Part shown: positions 25,004 through 34,364 of the stretch, one piece after another
How the letters are laid out: each line of letters starts with the position of its first letter
Numbering within the stretch: the first letter of the stretch is position 1
Origin: Rickettsia typhi
Lineage (GTDB): Bacteria; Pseudomonadota; Alphaproteobacteria; Rickettsiales; Deianiraeaceae
Direction of reading: 5' to 3'
Assembly (NCBI GenBank): GCA_945861605.1
Contig: CAMAVG010000001.1
Coordinates: forward strand, 1 to 37,169
Length of the DNA stretch: 37,169 bases
Translations under genes and position numbers: made by a program
Notes under the pieces: model-generated
The model's database searches: none
What the model was told of the DNA's origin: nothing
The model's input: only the letters and a program-made list of their open reading frames with translations

Positions 25004-26448
25004 AACAATCCTTCAACCATTTCGCTCGGTTTTGGAATTTCCATTAAATCAAGAATCGTCCCAGCAATGTTTGCAAGGCTTCCCGCCCTTAATTTATGCG
25101 GATTTTTCGAAACTAGAATCAGGGGAACGACTCCAGTCGTATGCTGAGTGTGAATTTCTCCGGTTTTGATGTCAACCATTTCCTCCAAATTGCCGTGGTC
25201 TGCGGTGATTAGAAGCTCGTATCCATTCTCCAAAACGCATTTTTCCAAATTCCCAAGGAAGATATCAATGTGCTGAGCCGCCTGTTTTGAAGCTTCAAAA
25301 TTCCCACTGTGACCAACCATATCCCCGTTTGCAATGTTGATTACGATGAAATCCTGCGAATTTTCTTCGATTTTTTGAAAAAGGCGTTCTTGGAGTTCGT
25401 AAATTGACATTTCGGGTTGAAGATCGTATGTTTTCACATTGGGCGATTGAATCAAAATCCGTTCTTCAAACTGCCCTTGAGCTTCCTTCCCGCCGTTGAA
25501 AAAAAATGTCACATGGGCATATTTTTCCGTTTCGGCAATGTGTAAATGTTTTTTGCCATGGAGTTCAAGAACATCAACAAGCGTGTTTTGAATGTTGTTT
25601 TGCGAAAACAGAACCGTCGTTTTGCTTGCGATATCCTTGGAGTACTGCGTCATGCAAATGATTTCTGAAAATGTGGAGGAATCAGTTCTCAAATCAATTG
25701 CCATTTGGGTTAATTGACGCATGCGGTCTGCTCTGAAGTTTGCAAAAAAGATGGAATCGCCGGAATTCACGCCGTTATAATTCCCAATTATTGCCGGCTC
25801 GAAGAATTCATCGGAAATTTTCTGCGAATGGAAAAACTCCGTTGCCTTTTGGATATCCCCAAACTTCATTGTGGAATCCCCCATTAAGGCGGAGAAATAT
25901 TTTTGAGTCCTCTCCAGTTTGTTATCCCTATCCATCGCGAAAAAACGCCCTGAAATCGTTGCAATGTTCAAGCCTTGAAACCGTTCAACCGTGGAGGCAA
26001 ATTCGTTTGGGGGAACATCTCGCCCATCGGTAATTATATGCAAAAAAACCGTTTTACCAAGGTTTTCAAGGGATTTGTATGTGTGAAGAATGTGCTGCAA
26101 ACTTGAATGAACGCCACCTGTGGAACATAGCCCGACTAAGTGGACTCTGCTCGTGATTGAAGTTTTCGCAAGTTTTGCATCAAATTCGCCATTTTGGATT
26201 GCAAGATTTATTCGCGGAAGATCCTGATAAATAACCCTTCCGCCACCAATTGTCATGTGTCCAACTTCGGAATTTCCCATTTGTCCTTCAGGCAGACCAA
26301 CCGCAAGCCCCGATGTTTCAAGTTCCGTGCTTGGATACTGCCCAAGCATTCGTTGGAAATTTGGCGTTTTACTTTGAAATATTGCGTTGTATTTGTAGGT
26401 TTTATCGCCAATGCCAAAGCCGTCTAAAATGCACAAAATCGTTTTCAT
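25000..26448 (-). CDS. gpmI: 2,3-bisphosphoglycerate-independent phosphoglycerate mutase
   Basis: MKTILCILDGFGIG start typical of iPGM, plus NSEVGHMTIGGGR, ADHGN and HT..VP motifs. The 47-codon upstream extension in the ORF track has no homology-like features, so I prefer the ATG at 26448. Confidence 0.92.
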   Translation of the reverse strand: MKTILCILDGFGIGDKTYKYNAIFQSKTPNFQRMLGQYPSTELETSGLAVGLPEGQMGNSEVGHMTIGGGRVIYQDLPRINLAIQNGEFDAKLAKTSITSRVHLVGLCSTGGVHSSLQHILHTYKSLENLGKTVFLHIITDGRDVPPNEFASTVERFQGLNIATISGRFFAMDRDNKLERTQKYFSALMGDSTMKFGDIQKATEFFHSQKISDEFFEPAIIGNYNGVNSGDSIFFANFRADRMRQLTQMAIDLRTDSSTFSEIICMTQYSKDIASKTTVLFSQNNIQNTLVDVLELHGKKHLHIAETEKYAHVTFFFNGGKEAQGQFEERILIQSPNVKTYDLQPEMSIYELQERLFQKIEENSQDFIVINIANGDMVGHSGNFEASKQAAQHIDIFLGNLEKCVLENGYELLITADHGNLEEMVDIKTGEIHTQHTTGVVPLILVSKNPHKLRAGSLANIAGTILDLMEIPKPSEMVEGLL

Positions 26449-26524
26449 TTCCCAAAAATAAATTTTCAATTGAAGTGTAGTCCATAAGTTTGGAAAAATC
26501 AAGGAAATCGCAATTTTAAAATTC

Positions 26525-26553
26525 TTGACATCGATAATTTCTTGCAAGAAATT
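26525..26553 (+). promoter_or_regulatory. TTGACA -35-like box followed by a perfect 18-bp palindrome (candidate operator) upstream of the luxI-like gene
   Basis: TTGACA lies at 26525..26530. AATTTCTTGCAAGAAATT at 26536..26553 is its own reverse complement and ends 27 nt upstream of the ATG at 26581. Confidence 0.4.
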
Positions 26554-26580
26554 TTGTTTGTAACTAACTAATAAATCCAT

Positions 26581-27216
26581 ATGTCGCAATACAAAATTCT
26601 AACATTTTCATTGCTTGATTCACACAAACACGGGAATATTTTAGAAAGACTTTTAAAATTCCGATACCAAGGCTTCGTTGTTGAGGAAAAATACGATATT
26701 CCAACATATAACGACACAGAATTTGACCAATACGACAACCCATTCGCCAAATATATCACCATTATGCAAGGCGATGAAATCGTCGCATGTTCAAGAATTA
26801 ACAGGACGGATATTCCTTATATGGCAAAAGATTGCTGGAGCCACCTAATTCCAAGCAATTTCCTTCCAAGCGATTCAAACTTTTATGAATGGACAAGGCA
26901 GTATGTTAGTTCCAAACTTATAATGGTTGAGAGGATGAAGATGGCTCGAATAATTTCCGCAGTAACATATTTCACCCTTATGGAATCAAATGCTGGCGGG
27001 GTTTGTTATGTTACGCATGCTTCGTTGCTTCATACGGCGGAAAAGCTTGGAATGAATCCACACTCTGTTGCAAGACTTAATCTTCCAGACTTTCCCAATC
27101 TTCATTTTGTGCATGTGAATGTGAATAATGACGACGCACAAAATGTTGCGAAGAACATCGTAGAAATGACAGGATTTGATATTATTCGGCATTTTCCGTC
27201 TGTGGATCTGGGTTGA
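26581..27216 (+). CDS. LuxI-family autoinducer (acyl-homoserine-lactone) synthase-like acyltransferase
   Basis: 211 aa. FRYQGFVVE..., TEFDQYD (the E-x-D-x-x-D acidic cluster), IVACSRINRTDIPYM (cf. G..RL.PT..P.ML) and FYEWTRQYV (cf. WE.SRF.V) reproduce the conserved N-terminal LuxI signature. Confidence 0.7.
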   Translation: MSQYKILTFSLLDSHKHGNILERLLKFRYQGFVVEEKYDIPTYNDTEFDQYDNPFAKYITIMQGDEIVACSRINRTDIPYMAKDCWSHLIPSNFLPSDSNFYEWTRQYVSSKLIMVERMKMARIISAVTYFTLMESNAGGVCYVTHASLLHTAEKLGMNPHSVARLNLPDFPNLHFVHVNVNNDDAQNVAKNIVEMTGFDIIRHFPSVDLG

Positions 27217-28213
27217 TTTTAATTGGGTTTTTCAGGAATTTTACTTCGGAGACGAACCTTATGCCACCTGCGCCGCGTTTAAGTTGAACGATGATATCCA
27301 CAACTTGCGTGATATAACTTCGCACTTCGTCCGGTTCCATTCCAAGACCAGCCTGCATAACCATCAACTTAAGTTGCTCGACTGCCATGGTTGGGGAATC
27401 GGCATGGAGGGTGGAAATTGAGCCGGGGTGTCCTGTGTTGATTGCTCGAAGGAATGAAAAGGCTTCTTTACCGCGAATTTCCCCCACGATTATTCTGTCT
27501 GGTCGTAGACGAAGACAGGCTTCGATGAGATCCTGCGTTGAAACATCACTTCGCCCTTGTCCGCCTTTTGAAGAGACCAAATGAAGCTTATTTGGGTGCA
27601 GATTCAACACGACTTCTCTTGCGTCCTCTACGGTTATAAGCCTTTCTTCTCTTGGAATTTCTTGAAGTAGGGCGTTTGTGAATGTTGTTTTACCAGTGGA
27701 TGTTCCTCCGCTGATAATCAGGTTTTTTTTGAACCGAACGCAACCGCGAAGGAAATCTTTTATGCGGTTTTGTTCAAGGAGGGCTTGAAGAATGTAGTCG
27801 TTTCTATCTTCTTGTTTGGATATCGCCGATTTGGTGAATGCTCCCATTTTTTCGTAATCTTCAAGGGTGTAGCTCGTCGTTGATGGTTTTCTGATTGAAA
27901 ATGCAACGGTTCCTTTTGGGCAAACGGGCGGAAGGACGACCTGAACACGACATCCGTTTGGAAGAGTTGCCGAAAGAAGTGGCTTTTCTTCGCTGACGAT
28001 TTGATCCGTTGATTGAGCAATAAGCTTTGCAAGACCATACAGGTGTTTGTATGTAAAAACGGGGAGTGAAACGGAATACATTTTGCCAAATTTTTCAACC
28101 CAGCCTTTTTCAGGTTCATTGATGGAAATCTCCGCAACGCCTTCTTGTGCAAGAATTTCCTCCAACGGTTGAAGATATGTGTTCAAAACCGTGAAATTGC
28201 TGATAGAATTCAT
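27182..28213 (-). CDS. virB11: type IV secretion ATPase VirB11/TrbB family
   Basis: 343 aa with a VirB11-like N-terminus (LQPLEEILAQEGVAEISINEPEKGWVEKFG), Walker A GGTSTGKTT, an Asp box/Walker B (RPDRIIVGEIRG) and a His box (NTGHPGSISTLHA). Confidence 0.85.
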   Translation of the reverse strand: MNSISNFTVLNTYLQPLEEILAQEGVAEISINEPEKGWVEKFGKMYSVSLPVFTYKHLYGLAKLIAQSTDQIVSEEKPLLSATLPNGCRVQVVLPPVCPKGTVAFSIRKPSTTSYTLEDYEKMGAFTKSAISKQEDRNDYILQALLEQNRIKDFLRGCVRFKKNLIISGGTSTGKTTFTNALLQEIPREERLITVEDAREVVLNLHPNKLHLVSSKGGQGRSDVSTQDLIEACLRLRPDRIIVGEIRGKEAFSFLRAINTGHPGSISTLHADSPTMAVEQLKLMVMQAGLGMEPDEVRSYITQVVDIIVQLKRGAGGIRFVSEVKFLKNPIKINPDPQTENAE

Positions 28214-28338
28214 GCTTCATAATATTTATTATTTGTAATATATTCAAAATTCATAATTTCAAGGTTTTTTTACAATGTGGAACTTGAACTTGACAATTAA
28301 TTTTATGGAAGCATTTCTTTCATTATTTTAAAAATAAA

Positions 28339-29526
28339 ATGTTCAAGGAAAACTTCAGCGGAAAATTTGGAAAAAGTGAATTTGGCGGGCAATATATTCC
28401 CGAACTCCTCATGCCACTTGTTAAGGAACTTGAGGAATCCTACAATTTTCACAGAAAGACTTCCGAATTTTGGGCAGAATTTTCTTATTATCAAAAGCAT
28501 TATACCGGTCGCCCTTCACCACTTTATTTCGCAGAAAGGACGACTCAACACTTTGGCACGGCAAAGGTTTATTTCAAACGCGACGAACTCAACCACACGG
28601 GTTCGCACAAAATTAACAATTGCATCGGGCAAGTTCTTTTAGCGATGAAAATGGGAAAAAAACATATAATCGCCGAAACTGGAGCAGGGCAACACGGCGT
28701 TGCAACCGCGAGTGTTTGTGCGAAATTTGGTCTTAAATGCACAATTTTTATGGGAGCAAAGGATGTCGCACGCCAAGAAGTCAATGTTTTCAAAATGAAA
28801 CTTCTCGGGGCTGAAGTCCACGCTGTTGAATCGGGATCGAGGGGACTCAAAGACGCAATGAACGATGCCATGCGTTTCTGGGCAACGAACGCCGAAACCT
28901 GTTACTACCTCATCGGAACTGCTGCGGGACCACACCCCTATCCAACAATGGTGAAGGAATTTCAATCTGTCATTGGAACTGAAGCACGCACGCAAATTCT
29001 TGAAACGGAAGGAAGACTTCCAACGCACATAATGGCGGCAGTTGGCGGAGGAAGCAACGCCATCGGGCTTTTTAGCGGTTTTTTAGGCGATGATGTAAAA
29101 ATTATTGGAATTGAAGCGGGAGGCAAGGGCATTGAAACAAATGAAACTGCGGCGACTCTCAACCTTGGAAAAATTGGCGTTCTTCACGGAAACAAAACAT
29201 ACATTATGCAAAACGACGAGGGGCAAATCCAAGAAACATACTCAATTTCCGCAGGGCTGGATTACCCCGGCATTGGTCCCGAACATTCATTTCTAAAGGA
29301 TTCCAAACGGGTGGAATACCACCCAATTAACGATGACGAAGCCATGGAAGCTCTGCGTCTTACTTGCAAACTTGAAGGAATAATTCCCGCAATCGAACCA
29401 AGCCACGCATTGGGATTCCTCTACAAAATATTACCGAATTTAACCAAAACCGATGTTGTAATCGTGAATTTGTGCGGAAGAGGAGACAAGGACATCAACA
29501 CCGCAATGAAATGGTTTGGAATCTAG
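28339..29526 (+). CDS. trpB: tryptophan synthase beta chain (TrpB1 type)
   Basis: FGGQYIPE, the PLP-lysine motif [20 protein letters not shown] and VGGGSNAIG. 395 aa. Confidence 0.95.
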   Translation: MFKENFSGKFGKSEFGGQYIPELLMPLVKELEESYNFHRKTSEFWAEFSYYQKHYTGRPSPLYFAERTTQHFGTAKVYFKRDELNHTGSHKINNCIGQVLLAMKMGKKHIIAETGAGQHGVATASVCAKFGLKCTIFMGAKDVARQEVNVFKMKLLGAEVHAVESGSRGLKDAMNDAMRFWATNAETCYYLIGTAAGPHPYPTMVKEFQSVIGTEARTQILETEGRLPTHIMAAVGGGSNAIGLFSGFLGDDVKIIGIEAGGKGIETNETAATLNLGKIGVLHGNKTYIMQNDEGQIQETYSISAGLDYPGIGPEHSFLKDSKRVEYHPINDDEAMEALRLTCKLEGIIPAIEPSHALGFLYKILPNLTKTDVVIVNLCGRGDKDINTAMKWFGI

Positions 29527-30647
29527 CCAACAATTTTTTCAATATACCCACCGCCAAGCATTTGCGTTTCATTGTAAAAAACGGCGGCTTGCCCCGGGGA
29601 AATAAATGCGATTTTTTCTGAAAGTTTCACGGTATTTCCAGTGATTTCACAGGGGATTTCCTCACACGATGAACGGACGCGCGCTTTCAATTTTCCGCTA
29701 TTGCTCAGGGTTTGAAGCTCGGATTCATCAACTAAAAAGTGCGAATTTGAAATTGTGAAGGTGTCTCGAAGAAGGTTGTGATGCTTCCCAACGAAAACGG
29801 TATTTGTGGAGACATCAAGCTTAACAACATAAAGCGGATCTTCAAATGCAATTCCAAGACCACGCCTCTGCCCAAGCGTGTAGTGAATAATTCCCTTGTG
29901 CGTGCCAAGAATTTGACCGGATTCAATCTCCACAATTTCGCCAATTTTAAACGATTCAGGGTGATATTTTTGCACAACTTTGGCGTAGTCTCCGTCCGGA
30001 ACAAAGCAAATGTTCTGACTATCAGGCTTTTCTGAAATCTCAAGCTGGTATTTACGCGCAAGTTCGCGAGTCTCCGCCTTTGAAAAGCCGCCAAGTGGGA
30101 ATTCGAGGAAATCAAGTTGTTCTTGCGTCGTTTGGAAGAGGAAGTAGCTTTGATCCTTGGTTTTATCTGCCCCTTGGTGCATTTTTCCTTCTTTTTTTTG
30201 AACATAATGACCCGTGACGAGGGTATCCGCCCCAAGTTTTTTCGCAATTTTGAATAGGTCGCGAAATTTCACCGTTTGATTGCATGTCACGCACGGGATT
30301 GGGGTGTATCCTTGAATGTATTGGTCGGCGAAATTTTTAATCACTTCCTCGCGGAAGATGTCCTCATAATTTAACACATAGTGCTGAATCTCAAGCATTT
30401 CGCATGCCTTTTGGGCGTCGAAAATATCCTTACTGGCACAGCATGTTTTGGATTTTTTTTGAGTGGAATCCGTCGAACATGTTGCCTCGCCGTAGTCATA
30501 AAGTTGAAGAGTGACGCCGATGACATTATGCCCACGGTCTTTCATCAATGCGGCACAAACGGTGGAATCAACGCCGCCGGACATTGCTACTACAACTGTT
30601 TTTCTGGAGGTTTTTTTGGAAATTTGGTTTTCGAAACTCGAATTCAC
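29523..30647 (-). CDS. mnmA: tRNA-specific 2-thiouridylase
   Basis: PP-loop [13 protein letters not shown], catalytic Cys regions (ATCSTDS..CCASKD, ICFV) and appropriate length. Confidence 0.93.
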   Translation of the reverse strand: MNSSFENQISKKTSRKTVVVAMSGGVDSTVCAALMKDRGHNVIGVTLQLYDYGEATCSTDSTQKKSKTCCASKDIFDAQKACEMLEIQHYVLNYEDIFREEVIKNFADQYIQGYTPIPCVTCNQTVKFRDLFKIAKKLGADTLVTGHYVQKKEGKMHQGADKTKDQSYFLFQTTQEQLDFLEFPLGGFSKAETRELARKYQLEISEKPDSQNICFVPDGDYAKVVQKYHPESFKIGEIVEIESGQILGTHKGIIHYTLGQRRGLGIAFEDPLYVVKLDVSTNTVFVGKHHNLLRDTFTISNSHFLVDESELQTLSNSGKLKARVRSSCEEIPCEITGNTVKLSEKIAFISPGQAAVFYNETQMLGGGYIEKIVG

Positions 30648-31582
30648 AGCGATTTGAGGAGTTCTCGAACGGAATTTATTGATATCCGCAGCATTGATTT
30701 CTCGCTTTCTGAAAGCTCGACTTCTATAATTTTTTCAACGCCATTGGCACCAATAACGACTGGAACACCGGCATAAATTGAGGTTTCACCGTATTGACCA
30801 TCGATATAAGATGCACAAGGTAGAATGTTTTTTTTGTCAAAAAGATAGGATTCGAGCATTTTTATCGCAGAGTGTGCGGGCGAGTAAAACGCTGATCCAT
30901 TTCCAAGAAGTGCGACAACTTCAGCCCCACCGTTGCGAGTCCTCTGCACAATTTCGTCAAGTTTTTCTTGGGAAATTGCCCCGCTTTTGACGAAATTTTT
31001 GAGTGGAATGCCGGCAATCGTGGTGTAGTCTAAAAGTGGAACCATTGTGTCGCCGTGTCCACCAAGAACGAAGGTTTTGACATCGGATCTTGAGACATTG
31101 AGTGCCTCGGCAAGGAATGTAGAGAAACGAGCAGTATCAAGGACTCCAGCCATTCCAACAACATTTTTATGTGGCATTTTTGAGATATTTTGGAAGTGTT
31201 GAACCATGATATCAAGCGGGTTTGTTATGATGATTACAAACGCATTTGGTGCATATTTCCCGACATTTTCAGCAACGGATTGGATGATTTTAGCATTTGT
31301 TGCGATCAAATCGTCGCGCGACATCCCCGGTTTGCGAGGAATTCCTGCGGTGATAATAACGGCATCGCTTCCAGATATTTGTGAGTAGTCGTCCGTGCCT
31401 GAAATTTGCGAGTCTGAATCAATAATGCAACCAGATTGTGAGATATCAAGAGCCTTACCTTGGGCAACGCCCTTGTTGACATCAAGAAGAATGATATCGG
31501 CGTATTGTTTCATAAAAAGCAAGTGGGCGATAGTCCCACCGATCATTCCAGAGCCTATAAGCGATATTTTCTTCTTTGACAC
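30644..31582 (-). CDS. mdh: malate dehydrogenase (LDH-like type)
   Basis: Rossmann motif KISLIGSGMIGG, ITAGIPRKPGMSRDDL and the catalytic LGGHGDTMVPL. I prefer the GTG at 31582, one nt after the rpsE stop, which gives 312 aa. The ORF-track ATG at 31660 would overlap rpsE by 77 nt and add a non-homologous extension. Confidence 0.9.
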   Translation of the reverse strand: MSKKKISLIGSGMIGGTIAHLLFMKQYADIILLDVNKGVAQGKALDISQSGCIIDSDSQISGTDDYSQISGSDAVIITAGIPRKPGMSRDDLIATNAKIIQSVAENVGKYAPNAFVIIITNPLDIMVQHFQNISKMPHKNVVGMAGVLDTARFSTFLAEALNVSRSDVKTFVLGGHGDTMVPLLDYTTIAGIPLKNFVKSGAISQEKLDEIVQRTRNGGAEVVALLGNGSAFYSPAHSAIKMLESYLFDKKNILPCASYIDGQYGETSIYAGVPVVIGANGVEKIIEVELSESEKSMLRISINSVRELLKSL

Positions 31583-31583
31583 A

Positions 31584-32174
31584 TTATGCGGAAACAGTTT
31601 CTTCTTTTTCGTCGGATAAATCTTCGCCTTCGGAGTGCTTGGAATCTTTGATTGAAGCAACCATTTCTTTCATTGTTTTTCCACGAAGAGCGGCAATTGC
31701 ACGAAGTGAGTTTGTGTTTTCAAGCGCTTCAGCTGTTGCACGAAGACATGTGTATGAGTTGGATGATCCAACAACTTTTGTTACAATATCTTGAATCCCG
31801 ATTGACTCCAAAAGTGCACGAACAGCACCACCAGCCACGATTCCGGTACCGGGTGTTGCGGGTCTCAATACAACTTTTGTTGCACCGCATTCACCGTCAA
31901 TTGAGTGATGAATTGTTCTTCCGGCACGCAAGTTAATTTTCACGAGCCTGTTTTTTGCCATTGAAATTGCCTTTTTTTTGGCTTGAGTAACATCTAAAGC
32001 TTTGCCTTTTCCAATTCCAAAAACGCCTTTTTTGTTTCCGATGATTGCAAGAACACTGAAAGAGAAGATTCTACCGCCTTTTACAACCTTCACAACTCTG
32101 CGAATATCGATGATTGTGTCGAAAAAAACCGGTGCTTTTTTGTTATTGTTACTGTTATCTTTTTTGCGATTCAT
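31584..32174 (-). CDS. rpsE: 30S ribosomal protein S5, with an acidic C-terminal extension
   Basis: IDIRRVVKVVKGGRIFSFSVLAIIGNKKGVFGIGKGKA and GTGIVAGGAVRALLESIGIQDI. The extra tail is KDSKHSEGEDLSDEKEETVSA. Confidence 0.95.
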   Translation of the reverse strand: MNRKKDNSNNNKKAPVFFDTIIDIRRVVKVVKGGRIFSFSVLAIIGNKKGVFGIGKGKALDVTQAKKKAISMAKNRLVKINLRAGRTIHHSIDGECGATKVVLRPATPGTGIVAGGAVRALLESIGIQDIVTKVVGSSNSYTCLRATAEALENTNSLRAIAALRGKTMKEMVASIKDSKHSEGEDLSDEKEETVSA

Positions 32175-32179
32175 ATTTA

Positions 32180-32533
32180 TTAGATATTAATTCCTGATTC
32201 TCTGATGCTTTCTACGACTGATTTTACAAGACCGTGGAATTTATAATTCATTTTGTTGAAGTAGATTTTTTCGATGTTCTTTGATTTGCAAAGTTCAGCG
32301 AATTGTTTTCCGATTGCAACCGCGTCTAAAGTGCGTGTTTCAGCGTGAACAAAACCTGCCGGGCGTGTGGATATTGATGAGATATCTCTTTGTTCTGTTT
32401 TGTCATAAAGAACGGCAACGAGGTGTCTGTTCGTTTTGAGAATGTATAATTCATGCTGAGTATCGCCAGATTTCCCACGGGATTTCCTGCGTTTTTTGAT
32501 GACTTTTGGATCGAAATGTTTGTAAGAAGACAT
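32180..32533 (-). CDS. rplR: 50S ribosomal protein L18
   Basis: 117 aa with KRRKSRGK, LYILKTNRHLVAVLYD and YKFHGLVKSVVESIRESGI, the L18 pattern. Confidence 0.9.
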   Translation of the reverse strand: MSSYKHFDPKVIKKRRKSRGKSGDTQHELYILKTNRHLVAVLYDKTEQRDISSISTRPAGFVHAETRTLDAVAIGKQFAELCKSKNIEKIYFNKMNYKFHGLVKSVVESIRESGINI

Positions 32534-32546
32534 ATTTTCTGATTAA

Positions 32547-33086
32547 TTATTTCTTTTTTCCTTCTTTGATTGTAATTGTCTCGTCGTTCACAAACACACC
32601 TTTTCCTTTGTATGGCTCAGGTTTGCGAAGATTACGAATTGTCATTGCGATGCTCATCACAATTCTGCGGTCAATTCCCGTGATTTCAATTAAAGTATTT
32701 TGTGTGACTTTTAATTCAACAGTTGTAGGGATTGAAATTTTGACAGGGTGACTGAAACCGAGCGACAAAGTAAGGATATTTCCGGCAAAAACTGCTTTAT
32801 AACCCACACCTTTGAGTTGGATTTTAGCGGTAAATTTGTTTTGAATGTCCTCAATTGCTCTTCTGATTGAAGCGTAAAGAGTTCCAAGAATTGAACGCGC
32901 AGTTCTGTTTCTTGATTCTTGTTTTAGTGCGAACGAAACTGTTTCGCCGTCTCTGATCATTTCAACGATTTGGTTGAACGGGTAAAGAACGGTGTTGGAT
33001 TTACTTTCGATTTTGATTAGGTTATCAATAACGGTAAGGTTTACGCCTTGCGGAACTTTAACCGGTATTCTTGCAATTTTTGACAT
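32547..33086 (-). CDS. rplF: 50S ribosomal protein L6
   Basis: MSKIARIPVKVPQGV start typical of L6, with PEPYKGKGV near the C-terminus. I prefer the internal ATG at 33086 over the ORF-track start at 33128, which would overlap rpsH. Confidence 0.93.
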   Translation of the reverse strand: MSKIARIPVKVPQGVNLTVIDNLIKIESKSNTVLYPFNQIVEMIRDGETVSFALKQESRNRTARSILGTLYASIRRAIEDIQNKFTAKIQLKGVGYKAVFAGNILTLSLGFSHPVKISIPTTVELKVTQNTLIEITGIDRRIVMSIAMTIRNLRKPEPYKGKGVFVNDETITIKEGKKK

Positions 33087-33093
33087 ATATATA

Positions 33094-33492
33094 TTAAAAA
33101 ACTTTGCATAAAATTTCACCACCAACATTCAACTGGCGAGCGATGTTATCTGTGATAATGCCCTTGCTTGTTGAGAAAATGTAGAAACCAAGGGAATCGT
33201 AGTATGGTAGAAGTGATTTTGGCGAAGAATAAATTCTTTTACCAGGAGTTGACACAACTTTGAATTCTTGAATTGAATGCTTTCCTTTTACATAACTTAG
33301 TGATATTTTCACAAATTTTACATTTGGACGCTCGTCATAGACTTCGTACGATGCGATGAAGCCTTCGTCAAGAAGGATTTTTAAAACACCACCGACTAAA
33401 TTGTTGAATGGAAGTTTGATTGCAGCTTTTTTTACTGCTCCAGCGTTGTTTATTGAACTGATTAATGCGCTGATTGCGTGATTTGTACTCAT
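33094..33492 (-). CDS. rpsH: 30S ribosomal protein S8
   Basis: 132 aa with ISALISSINNAGAVKK and a GGEILCKVF C-terminus, typical of S8. Confidence 0.93.
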   Translation of the reverse strand: MSTNHAISALISSINNAGAVKKAAIKLPFNNLVGGVLKILLDEGFIASYEVYDERPNVKFVKISLSYVKGKHSIQEFKVVSTPGKRIYSSPKSLLPYYDSLGFYIFSTSKGIITDNIARQLNVGGEILCKVF

Positions 33493-33502
33493 ATATTATA
33501 TA

Positions 33503-33814
33503 TTACCAACTAGATTTCTTAAGACCGGATATCAAACCAAATGATGCGTAATGGCGAATTGCATTTCTTGAAAGACCGAATTTTGAGAAAAACCCACGAG
33601 GACGCCCAGTAAGAGCACATCTGTTGCGGTGTCTTGTTGCTGAACCGTCGCGTGGAAGCTTTTGGATTGCGATCATCGCAGCAAATTTTTCATCGTACGA
33701 AACATTTTCAAGCGAAGCTTTTAGAATTTTTACAAGACCATCGCGTTTTGTTGCTTCTTTTTTAATAGTGTCGGCAACTCTATTGTTTCTTTCAATTCTA
33801 CCTTTTTTTGCCAT
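33503..33814 (-). CDS. rpsN: 30S ribosomal protein S14 (long form)
   Basis: RHRNRCALTGRPRGFFSKFGLSRNAIRHYASFGLISGLKKSSW C-terminus, diagnostic of S14. Confidence 0.95.
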   Translation of the reverse strand: MAKKGRIERNNRVADTIKKEATKRDGLVKILKASLENVSYDEKFAAMIAIQKLPRDGSATRHRNRCALTGRPRGFFSKFGLSRNAIRHYASFGLISGLKKSSW

Positions 33815-33835
33815 TTTTGAAAAATAATTAAATTT

Positions 33836-33864
33836 TAATTAATTGTTTGGTTTTTATTTGTCAA
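33836..33864 (-). promoter_or_regulatory. candidate internal promoter at the rpsG/rpsN junction
   Basis: The minus strand reads TTGACA (33864..33859), a 17-nt spacer and TAATTA (33841..33836), inside the 57-nt rpsG-rpsN gap. Confidence 0.25.
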
Positions 33865-33871
33865 GTATATT

Positions 33872-34348
33872 TTACGCAAAGTGTGCGAAAGCTTTGTTGG
33901 CCTCGGCACTTTTGTGCATTTCTTCTTTTTTCTTAACTGCGGTTCCTCTGCCTTCAAGAGTTTCAACGAAAACATTTGTAAGAGCTTGAACCATTGGTTT
34001 GCCAGATGCAGACCTTGCCGCCTCGATCAACCATTTCATGGCGATCATTTCGCTTTCGCGAGGCTCCAACGGTTTTGGAACTTGGTATGTTGCACCACCA
34101 ACACGACGAGATTTCATTTTCACGCGTGGTTTGATTGATTCGATGATGTTCACGAAGAGGTCGAGAATTGAAACATTCTTTTCTTGTGCAGTCTTTGCAA
34201 GGTTTGCTAGTGAAGAATAAACGATGTTTGAAGCAACTGTTTTTTTACCATCAGACATTACTTGATTGATAAATTTTGCAACAAGAAGACTGTTGTATTG
34301 AAGATCTGGAGTTAAGCGAACTTTAAATGTTCTTGCTTTACGAGGCAT
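33872..34348 (-). CDS. rpsG: 30S ribosomal protein S7
   Basis: MPRKAR..., SDGKKTVASNIVY, SRRVGGATYQVP and the C-terminal EANKAFAHF. Confidence 0.96.
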   Translation of the reverse strand: MPRKARTFKVRLTPDLQYNSLLVAKFINQVMSDGKKTVASNIVYSSLANLAKTAQEKNVSILDLFVNIIESIKPRVKMKSRRVGGATYQVPKPLEPRESEMIAMKWLIEAARSASGKPMVQALTNVFVETLEGRGTAVKKKEEMHKSAEANKAFAHFA

Positions 34349-34364
34349 ATTTTAATTTAACAAA

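Noticed and set aside
26449-26589. 47-codon N-terminal extension of gpmI reaching 26589 and overlapping the luxI-like start
   Set aside because: The iPGM homology begins at MKTILCILDGFG (ATG at 26448). The extension has no homology-like features and would consume the divergent promoter region. Similar upstream extensions were trimmed for ssb, psd, rplF, rpsL and mdh.
28281-28296. Short direct repeat gaacttgaacttgac upstream of trpB
   Set aside because: It amounts to only two 6-nt units (aacttg aacttg) overlapping a TTGACA box. It is too short to distinguish from chance in AT-rich intergenic DNA.
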